Of a stretch of 64,000 nt of DNA, positions 57,425 to 64,000 are shown in pieces; the stretch's first letter is position 1, and each line of letters starts with the position of its first letter. Both the position numbers and the translations under genes were made by a program. The notes beneath the pieces are model-generated. The model worked only from the letters and a program-made list of their open reading frames with translations. It made no database searches and was not told where the DNA came from. The DNA is taken from IMG/VR virus record IMGVR_UViG_3300028392_000049, positions 24,680-88,679 of that record. The stretch is one strand, 5' to 3'. Source of the stretch: a virus.

Positions 57425-58020
57425 TAACGTAGTCCTTTTGTGCTAGATGAGTTTACTAACCACTCTTGCTCGTTTCCAAGGCTAGGTACTCCGTAGTCTT
57501 CCATGCGAATTCCACGAACAGAGCCAGGACCAGCCGTGTACACCCGTGCAGCGCCTCGTCCTCTTGGGGTATCTGCAAAACGTTTAGCTACATCGTGAGA
57601 TTCACTAAATGAATGATAGCCCTGCAAGTTCTCTGCGGGATGATGGCTTGAGCCTGTATACAAGGAAACTGGGTTAGGACGAGAGTTTCTCTTTACTTCT
57701 GTGTTAAGTGCTTGTCCCGCTGCTAAATCAATATACGAACCAAAAAGTGCACGGCCATTGCTAGAACTTATCCTGTGCCTTTTTAACGCATGTCTTACTA
57801 GTTCTTCATGTGGCCTGGCTACTGATAGATCGCGTTCCATCTCATCTACACGTAAATCGTTTTCCGCGCGTTGGCGTGTATAAATACCTGTAGAAGGAAG
57901 GGAGCGAGCATAGTCAGCATACTCAGAGTGGGTCATCTCTGCGCCAGAGAATGGGTGTCGCATATTACCTTGAGTTAATTTCTTTGTGGCAAGGTCATGC
58001 CACTGTGCTCCTCTATCCAT
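57424..58020 (-). CDS. Putative ADP-ribosyltransferase-fold protein
   Basis: VSLYTG...HSFSESHDVAKRFA...NEQEWLV. Confidence 0.55.
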   Translation of the reverse strand: MDRGAQWHDLATKKLTQGNMRHPFSGAEMTHSEYADYARSLPSTGIYTRQRAENDLRVDEMERDLSVARPHEELVRHALKRHRISSSNGRALFGSYIDLAAGQALNTEVKRNSRPNPVSLYTGSSHHPAENLQGYHSFSESHDVAKRFADTPRGRGAARVYTAGPGSVRGIRMEDYGVPSLGNEQEWLVNSSSTKGLR

Positions 58021-58357
58021 TAGATGTGCACTCCTCACAAAAATGCGGATGCTCGCCTCTACCAATGGTCTTAGCAATGTGATGGATGTACTCAGGATTA
58101 GTTGTTGTGTATGGAGCAAATGTTGAATGCTTATCGCACTTAAGCGTGTACTTGTCTTGTCTGTGAGTTCTATCGCTTACACGTAGTTTTTGAATGCTTA
58201 AGCCAGATTCTCTATTGGTGCGTACATGTTCGTAAGCGTCATCAAGCATGTGAGGTTTAATCCACTGTTTAGAGGCATGCGAAGCTGCAGTAACGTTTTT
58301 GTAAATGTCTTCAGAGGTAAGGTGCGGCAAGTCGCGCCATTCATTTTCTGTAGCCAT
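58013..58357 (-). CDS. Hypothetical zinc-binding protein
   Basis: CDKH...CEEC. Confidence 0.6.
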   Translation of the reverse strand: MATENEWRDLPHLTSEDIYKNVTAASHASKQWIKPHMLDDAYEHVRTNRESGLSIQKLRVSDRTHRQDKYTLKCDKHSTFAPYTTTNPEYIHHIAKTIGRGEHPHFCEECTSNG

Positions 58358-58803
58358 TAGTGCTTTACCCCACCCTCATCAAAATGGGTTTTCAAAGTCT
58401 TAGCAGCGTTCTCACCAAGAGTGCTACCTACGGTATCTACATAAGTCTTAGCAAAAGCCTCACCATGACCTGATGCAGGTGATATGTGATGAGCAGCTTC
58501 ATGAAGAATTGCCCCAACTTCCATTCTCCGACCAGGAAGAATGCGCCCTCTTGGATTGAAGAACGTGTCTCCAGGCTTGCCGCACCAGTCCTCTGAGTTT
58601 GTTTGAGCAAATGCATGGATATCAAACTTGCCTAAACGGCGATCAATCTTTACTCGGGCCTCTGGATTACCCGTCACCTTACGCACAAGACGCTGTGCAC
58701 GCCAAGGGCCCATCTTACGACCAAGAGTTTTATCTGATCTAATTGCAGACCATTCAGAGCCGTACAAGGCTTTTGTTTGGTCAAATTGAGGAGTTTCTTC
58801 CAT
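58357..58803 (-). CDS. Zinc metallopeptidase-like (SprT-like HEXXH)
   Basis: ILHEAAH...GHGEAF. Confidence 0.7.
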   Translation of the reverse strand: MEETPQFDQTKALYGSEWSAIRSDKTLGRKMGPWRAQRLVRKVTGNPEARVKIDRRLGKFDIHAFAQTNSEDWCGKPGDTFFNPRGRILPGRRMEVGAILHEAAHHISPASGHGEAFAKTYVDTVGSTLGENAAKTLKTHFDEGGVKH

Positions 58804-59021
58804 TAGAACAACTTACCTTGATTGCCACGATTAGCTACGTGGTCAGCGATGTGCTGGGGATCTTTGAAAGTTTTACAATGCTCACAGGTCATACGAGCGC
58901 TTGGCTCTATGCCCATTTTGTTTTCGTGATTGACTACATCAATTGGGAAACGAAAAGTACGGCTACCATAAATTGCTCGTGCCGAAGTAACACCTGGGAT
59001 AGGGTTTGGCGTTTTCGCCAT
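58803..59021 (-). CDS. Small zinc-finger protein
   Basis: CEHCKTF...HIADH. Confidence 0.6.
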   Translation of the reverse strand: MAKTPNPIPGVTSARAIYGSRTFRFPIDVVNHENKMGIEPSARMTCEHCKTFKDPQHIADHVANRGNQGKLF

Positions 59022-59047
59022 CTAAGCCTCCTGATAATAAAAGTGAC

Positions 59048-59350
59048 TTAGCGTGCAGAGCGCGTAGTGATATCTTCAGGACCAGCTTCAGCGGTTTGCT
59101 GTTGTCCCTCTTCAATTGCCTGAAGGCACGCAGGGCAATGCATGCCCTTGTCGTTATGCTGTCCAGCTTTATGGTAATCGCGGGCAACTACGTCGCCGTC
59201 AATGTCAAAGTGAGCCGTATGTTCATTACCACGGCTAGCATAGCCTTCTTTAGCCTCAACCGCTTTGCTCATGTCGATGCCTTCTCCGCAACCAACACAG
59301 TGATGTCCGCCAGCAGCTAGACCCTTACCAAATTCTTTTGAACGACTCAT
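59048..59350 (-). CDS. Hypothetical zinc-binding protein
   Basis: HCVGC...HCPAC. Confidence 0.65.
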   Translation of the reverse strand: MSRSKEFGKGLAAGGHHCVGCGEGIDMSKAVEAKEGYASRGNEHTAHFDIDGDVVARDYHKAGQHNDKGMHCPACLQAIEEGQQQTAEAGPEDITTRSAR

Positions 59351-59364
59351 GAATTCATTATCTC

Positions 59365-59601
59365 CTAAAACGGCTCTTTATTCTTGTCCAACTCTAGACA
59401 ATACGCAACATACGCATCACCCAGCATACTCATCAATTCAGGCAACTGCCTGGAATGCCTCGCATCAAAATGACGTTTCCAATCTGTAGCATATTTGTAC
59501 ATCGAAGCACAACCAGCATTTATATCAGAAAAAGCAACATCAGCAAAACGCCCCACCGAGCCCTCAGTGCCACGCTGCTCCATCAACCAGGAAGTAAACA
59601 T
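59365..59601 (-). CDS. YozE SAM-like small protein
   Basis: FTSWLMEQ....VGRFA...D...AYVAY. Confidence 0.55.
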   Translation of the reverse strand: MFTSWLMEQRGTEGSVGRFADVAFSDINAGCASMYKYATDWKRHFDARHSRQLPELMSMLGDAYVAYCLELDKNKEPF

Positions 59602-59757
59602 ACCCAATGATAGCCAAACCCGCAATCTCTGTCTTAGCAATCTCCCACTTTAGGCTACTGCCAGCCCTCTCCACCTTCCACCTAAGCGTGAGGCCTGCCC
59701 CCACGCGCTCGGGCGTGTCGCTTAAGGGCTACCCCTCCTAAATAGGTAGCCTGAGCG

Positions 59758-59821
59758 TTATCCACAGCCCTACAACAAAAAAGTTTCAGCGGTGAATAAT
59801 TGCCTGATTATGGTGTAGTCT
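59758..59821 (+). promoter_or_regulatory. Early-region promoter repeat 1 (DnaA box + A-tract + GAATAATTG + TAGnnT)
   Basis: TTATCCACAGCCCTACAACAAAAAAGTTTCAGC...GAATAATTG, four near-identical copies. Confidence 0.8.
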
Positions 59822-59873
59822 CTTAAGTGTCAGAGAGCGAGAAACACTCGCGTAAATGACGAAAGGGGTTCAC

Positions 59874-60194
59874 ATGCTTACTGTGAACATTACACGCGAG
59901 AGCGTGCCACAAAAGTTGGCGGAACTTAACGGTTCTTTCTTCTACGTGGAGTACACGTCCAAGCAGACAGGCGAAGATAAGTCTGGCTTGTACACTACGA
60001 ACGTACGTAAGTACGGACGTACGGGCAAGGGTCTATCGTATGACCCCACCGAAAAGCGTCTAACGCAGGTCACCGACATGATTGCGGCACGACGTGCCAA
60101 ACGTCACGGGGGCTCGTCCGACCGCATGCTCTGGTGGGACGGCGTTAAGATTATCCGTGTCCGTGCCAAAGGTATTGAATACCACGTCCATTAA
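59874..60194 (+). CDS. SH3/Sm-like (WYL_2-like) phage protein
   Basis: FFYVEYTSK...YDP....VTDM...R.L....V; GAAAGGGG RBS. Confidence 0.55.
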   Translation: MLTVNITRESVPQKLAELNGSFFYVEYTSKQTGEDKSGLYTTNVRKYGRTGKGLSYDPTEKRLTQVTDMIAARRAKRHGGSSDRMLWWDGVKIIRVRAKGIEYHVH

Positions 60195-60246
60195 CAAGCC
60201 TGAGAGGGGGCGCAAGCCCCCTCTCTCTATCCCTTAAGGAGGGGTC

Positions 60247-60426
60247 ATGATAGAGAACATCATCAACATTGCCAAAATTGGTATCGAGGACTTGGAGTAT
60301 CAAGCCAACCAACTTGGCAAGTATGACAACAACACCGACATGCTAGTGCTCGCGGACAGCAAGCGCGAAATTGCCGACGCTATCCGCCAACTCATCAACC
60401 TAGCCGAACAGTACGACAGGCTATGA
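60247..60426 (+). CDS. Small helical hypothetical protein
   Basis: MIENIINIAKIGIEDLEYQ...; AAGGAGG RBS. Confidence 0.65.
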   Translation: MIENIINIAKIGIEDLEYQANQLGKYDNNTDMLVLADSKREIADAIRQLINLAEQYDRL

Positions 60427-60566
60427 GTAAGCACAAGCGACCACAGCCACCGCTACGCCTGACCCTTCGGGGTCAGGTCGTAGTGGCGGGGCTAACCATT
60501 ATCGCAATCCACTATGGATTAATAGCACTGTCATACATGTGCCAGTTCATCATTAACCACCATTAG
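60423..60566 (+). CDS. Small membrane protein
   Basis: MSKHKRP..LRLTLRG followed by one TM segment; ATGA overlap. Confidence 0.55.
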   Translation: MSKHKRPQPPLRLTLRGQVVVAGLTIIAIHYGLIALSYMCQFIINHH

Positions 60567-60621
60567 GAAACCCTGCTAGGTAGTGCACAGCCTAGCCTTA
60601 ACCTATACTGGAGGACGCCAT

Positions 60622-60670
60622 GCCCCCTAGCCACAGCCGATTAACAGCGCGGTGGCTAGGGGGTTTTTTT
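60622..60670 (+). terminator. Rho-independent terminator
   Basis: ccccctagccac...ggtggctagggggttttttt. Confidence 0.75.
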
Positions 60671-60769
60671 ATTCTCCCCGAAGGGGGCGGGGTGGGAGGG
60701 CCAACACAAACATCATGGCTTTACGGGTGTAGGCGACAAACTGTACCCCAAACCCCAAAAGAGAGAAGC

Positions 60770-60833
60770 TTATCCACAGCCCTACAACAAAAAAGTTTCA
60801 GCAAAGAATAATTGGCTGATTATGGTATAGAGT
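60770..60833 (+). promoter_or_regulatory. Early-region promoter repeat 2
   Basis: Same repeat; -10 TAGAGT. Confidence 0.8.
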
Positions 60834-60916
60834 TGTCTTATTGGTTAGGGCGACGACCGACGGGTGTGGGCGGAGACACCGCCCACCCCTAATCATGTGA
60901 GAGAGGACGTGCTCCC

Positions 60917-61123
60917 ATGGATGCACAAACCGACTACGAGATAGTCACCTATCAAGGTGGCTATGCTACAGTCATAAGCCCTGACGGTTGCGACGCACGC
61001 GTAATGCGCTTCGCGGACAACGGTCGCACACACGTGGTGCTCAAAACCTTTACGGGCGAAACAGCGCACCAGGACGCGGAACGCCTAGTACTGAGTTACG
61101 TACTGCGCCTAGTGCACGGATAG
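60917..61123 (+). CDS. Hypothetical protein
   Basis: GAGAGG RBS; FTGETAHQDAER. Confidence 0.7.
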   Translation: MDAQTDYEIVTYQGGYATVISPDGCDARVMRFADNGRTHVVLKTFTGETAHQDAERLVLSYVLRLVHG

Positions 61124-61186
61124 CCAACTGGGTAGCCCTTCGGGGCTACCCTTTATCCACAGCTTATCCACAAGCTGTGGAGAGGC

Positions 61187-61259
61187 CCAACACAAACAAG
61201 CCAAAAGCCATAGCCCGCCCTAATGGCGTTAAGGCTGGCTTTTGGCTTGTTTGTGTTGG
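61187..61259. repeat. Long hairpin repeat, copy A
   Basis: 23-bp perfect stem CCAACACAAACAAGCCAAAAGCC, apex CGCC-N5-GGCG with TTAA bulge. Confidence 0.85.
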
Positions 61260-61270
61260 CCTTGCTTCAC

Positions 61271-61334
61271 TTATCCACAGCCCTACAACAAAAAAGTTTC
61301 AGCAAAGAATAATTGGCTGATTAGGTGATAGATT
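61271..61334 (+). promoter_or_regulatory. Early-region promoter repeat 3
   Basis: Same repeat; -10 TAGATT. Confidence 0.8.
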
Positions 61335-61364
61335 AGTTTCATAAGCACGAGAGAGGGAAACACT

Positions 61365-62102
61365 ATGCTTAAACGCTCTAATGATGCCAAAGTTACTAAC
61401 CTAATACGTGTTAGTAATACGGCTAAAGGCATTAAGTACGTTAGTAATCTAGCCAACTCATTCGGGTTGCCTAGCGGGCTATCGTTCTCATGCCCTGGCG
61501 CTACGTCAGTCTGTGAGTCTGTCTGCTACGCGGGCAAACTTGAACGACTACGTCCAAAGGTTCGCAATGTACTACAGCACAACTGGGATCAGTTGCGCAA
61601 TGCGAACTACAGCACGATGTTCAAACTGCTATCAGTAATGATTCGCGGGTTCGATGCAGAGTGTGACGAGAAGGATGCAGAGAAGTTATTCCGCATCCAC
61701 TGGGATGGCGACTTCTTCAACGATGACTACACGCAAGCGTGGGGAGACGTTGTAAGAGCCAACCCGCAGATTCGGTTCTGGGTTTACACTCGCACCGAGA
61801 AGAGCGCTATCATGCTACAGGATATGAGACTAGATAACCTAGCCTTGTACTTCTCAACCGATAGCGCCAACAAGTCAATAGGCGAAAGCCTAGCGATAAA
61901 TCACGGAATCAAGTTAGCCTACCTCGCGGACACATTCGCGAACGGTAAAGCTGACATGGAATCCATATCGCTCAAGTCAGTGCGATGCCCTGAGAATAAC
62001 AAGGCTATCAAAATCATTGACGAGAACGGTAGCGCATGCATCAAGTGTGGTGCTTGTGTATTCGGTCGCAATAACGTACTATTTAGTGCGACTAAAAAAT
62101 AA
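61365..62102 (+). CDS. GP88-family (radical-SAM-like, Cys-rich) phage protein
   Basis: SFGLP...SCPGAT..C..VCYA, FRIHWDGDF, FWVYTR, C..CG.C. Confidence 0.75.
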   Translation: MLKRSNDAKVTNLIRVSNTAKGIKYVSNLANSFGLPSGLSFSCPGATSVCESVCYAGKLERLRPKVRNVLQHNWDQLRNANYSTMFKLLSVMIRGFDAECDEKDAEKLFRIHWDGDFFNDDYTQAWGDVVRANPQIRFWVYTRTEKSAIMLQDMRLDNLALYFSTDSANKSIGESLAINHGIKLAYLADTFANGKADMESISLKSVRCPENNKAIKIIDENGSACIKCGACVFGRNNVLFSATKK

Positions 62103-62153
62103 ACCAACGGGCGGGGGAGCAATCCCCCGTCCACCTATTGAGGGAGTACTACA

Positions 62154-62498
62154 ATGACTATGAATACTTACTGTAGCGAAATTGACCACGACGGTTACAG
62201 CGGGCTATGGGTTATCCACGAACTAACCGAGGACAGCAAGGGCATTGAAATCAAGTTCAACGTCAATGATTCCTGGTCAGATAAGGATACCTACCTATTC
62301 GGGCGTACATGCGTACGAGCAGAGCGTGATGAATACCGAGGTGAGGAATGCGCCGAGAAGCCATGGAAGTTCACCAACACAATGATGGACATTCTGCAAG
62401 AGGACATTGACAACGGATGCCAGAACATGGATCATGTCAGTCAGTTCTTGAATGATGCTAAGTTCATTACAGTCCTAGACAGTTACGAACGACTATAA
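62154..62498 (+). CDS. Hypothetical acidic protein
   Basis: GAGGGAG RBS; 114 aa. Confidence 0.65.
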   Translation: MTMNTYCSEIDHDGYSGLWVIHELTEDSKGIEIKFNVNDSWSDKDTYLFGRTCVRAERDEYRGEECAEKPWKFTNTMMDILQEDIDNGCQNMDHVSQFLNDAKFITVLDSYERL

Positions 62499-62548
62499 GC
62501 CAAGCCACCCAGCCCACTTCCCTCGGGCTGGGTGGCTTTTTTATTGCC

Positions 62549-62619
62549 CCAACACAAACAAGCACAAAGCACAGCTCGCTTTTGGCGTTAAAGCTGTGCT
62601 TTGTGCTTGTTTGTGTTGG
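62549..62619. repeat. Long hairpin repeat, copy B
   Basis: 28-bp perfect stem CCAACACAAACAAGCACAAAGCACAGCT, same apex and TTAA bulge. Confidence 0.85.
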
Positions 62620-62657
62620 CCTGTCATATCCCTTTAAACAATGGCCTAGAAGAGAAG

Positions 62658-62721
62658 TTATCCACAGGCTTACAACAAAAAAGTTTCAGCAGAGAATAAT
62701 TGGCTAGTTATCGTGTAGTGT
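62658..62721 (+). promoter_or_regulatory. Early-region promoter repeat 4
   Basis: Same repeat; -10 TAGTGT. Confidence 0.8.
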
Positions 62722-62846
62722 TGGAGACATCAAGCCAACGGCACGCAACGGCTGGCGCGGAAGTACCGCGTACCGCTGTGGCGGACACGCACCTAGTGCG
62801 TGTGTCAGGGTGTGCACGTTCGCTTGTGTGAGAGGGGTGTTGCTTT

Positions 62847-63878
62847 ATGGCACACAATCTTGAAATGAATAACGGCAACGTTGCATTCGCTTTACGCGGT
62901 GCACCTGCATGGCACGGGCTGGCACAGCACGTCTTCACCGAGGACGAGCACGTCACTACCGCGCAGATGTTGGACAGCGCGTTGCTGTCGGGTTGGAATG
63001 TACGTCTTGAGGACATCATTCTGCCCGAGGGTTACACAACCGACAAGGCACACCAGATGGTGGTGCGCGACAATCCATTCCCTGATAAGGCTGGAGAGCG
63101 CAACGTCCTAGGTGTTGTCGGAGAGCGTTACCACACCTACCAGAATGAAGAGTTATTCGCTTTCGGCGATAACCTGCTTGATGGTGGTGGCTATTGGGAG
63201 TCTGCTGGCTCTATTAAGAATGGTCGCGTGGTATTCGGTTCTCTCAAGTTGGATAAGGACTTCGTCCTAGACCCACAAGGCATTGCAGATAAGACCGAGT
63301 CTTACCTGCTCATTACGACCTCGCACGACGGTTCAGCCGCTATCCAAGCGATGACAACCCCAGTGCGCGTAGTGTGCCAGAATACGCTTAACGCCGCGCT
63401 TGATGGTACTAAGCAGTCCTACAAAGTCCGCCACACTGCCACGGCTGGTGGACGCGTAGACCAAGCGCGACTAGCGTTGGGACTCACGTTCGATTACATG
63501 GACAAGTTCCAAGCAACCGCCGAAGCGCTGTTCGCCACGTCAATGACGGACAAGCAATTCCACGACATCGTCAAGGCTCTGTACCCAGAACCTGCCGAGG
63601 ACGCTGGCAAGGCAAGCGTGACCAAGTACGAGTCCAAGATTGAACTAATCAGCGACCTGTACTTCGATAGTCCAACTCAGTTGGGTATCAAGGGAACCGC
63701 TTGGGGAGCATACAACGCGCTCACAGAGCGTGTGGATTACTTCCGCCAAGGTCGCTTGGTCAAGGGTGCTCAGAACTCTGAGGACGCTCAACTAGCGAGC
63801 GCGTCAGGCTTCGACGCACAAGCCACAGCCGAGAAGAACCGCATTCTAAGCGCGGTACGCGAACTCGCTGGGGTATAG
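62847..63878 (+). CDS. DUF932 family phage/plasmid protein
   Basis: MAHNLE...PAWHGL, VVGERY...QNEE, TSHDGS, TPVRVVCQNTL, GTAWGAYNALTE. Confidence 0.9.
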   Translation: MAHNLEMNNGNVAFALRGAPAWHGLAQHVFTEDEHVTTAQMLDSALLSGWNVRLEDIILPEGYTTDKAHQMVVRDNPFPDKAGERNVLGVVGERYHTYQNEELFAFGDNLLDGGGYWESAGSIKNGRVVFGSLKLDKDFVLDPQGIADKTESYLLITTSHDGSAAIQAMTTPVRVVCQNTLNAALDGTKQSYKVRHTATAGGRVDQARLALGLTFDYMDKFQATAEALFATSMTDKQFHDIVKALYPEPAEDAGKASVTKYESKIELISDLYFDSPTQLGIKGTAWGAYNALTERVDYFRQGRLVKGAQNSEDAQLASASGFDAQATAEKNRILSAVRELAGV

Positions 63879-63892
63879 CAAGCCCAATAAGG

Positions 63893-63927
63893 AAACCCTC
63901 TAGCCGAAAGGCTAGGGGGTTTTTTTA
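63893..63927 (+). terminator. Rho-independent terminator
   Basis: aaccctctagccgaaaggctagggggttttttt. Confidence 0.8.
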
Positions 63928-63961
63928 TGCCCTCTGCCAGGATCCTGGCCAGGAAGCTGTC

Positions 63962-64000
63962 CCAACACAAACAAGCATCAAGCTCGCCTTTTTGGCGTTA
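63962..64000. repeat. Long hairpin repeat, copy C (truncated by window end)
   Basis: CCAACACAAACAAGCATCAAGCT-CGCC-TTTTT-GGCG-TTA. Confidence 0.75.

Noticed and set aside
59758-62721. CRISPR array interpretation of the repeated ~64-bp element
   Set aside because: Copies are 0.5-1.4 kb apart, separated by whole genes, and end in -10 hexamers; there is no repeat-spacer periodicity
1-64000. Stop-codon reassignment
   Set aside because: Core genes are full length in the standard code and no suppressor tRNA is present

Overview
64 kb of a large tailed bacteriophage genome, a contractile-tailed myovirus. Two WhiB regulators and actinobacterial-type promoters point to an actinobacterial host; the moderate GC suggests a low-GC freshwater lineage (inference). 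1-59.6 kb is almost all on the minus strand. It holds the recombination/replication genes (Cas4-like nuclease, WhiB, resolvase, RecA, PolA, SSB, SNF2 helicase, primase, DnaB, DnaC-like loader, initiator-like protein), a small tRNA operon, cell-wall hydrolases, the baseplate/tail/head/terminase modules and many small, often basic, proteins. From ~59.7 kb the polarity flips to a plus-strand, probably early, region built from repeated intergenic cassettes. Most notable: (1) a 78-nt 'mini-tmRNA' in the tRNA operon with only the tRNA-like domain and no tag-coding region; (2) repeated cassettes of terminator, co-varying ~72-nt hairpin, perfect DnaA box and conserved promoter; (3) a candidate late promoter TTTARnC-N22-nAnnnT in six copies; (4) PafBC/RecA-NDp-type promoters; (5) a +1 TTT-CGA frameshift in the tail chaperone; (6) ADP-ribosyltransferase-like and other small proteins sharing a short (Q/E)F motif. 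All functional calls come from motif recognition by eye, without database searches.
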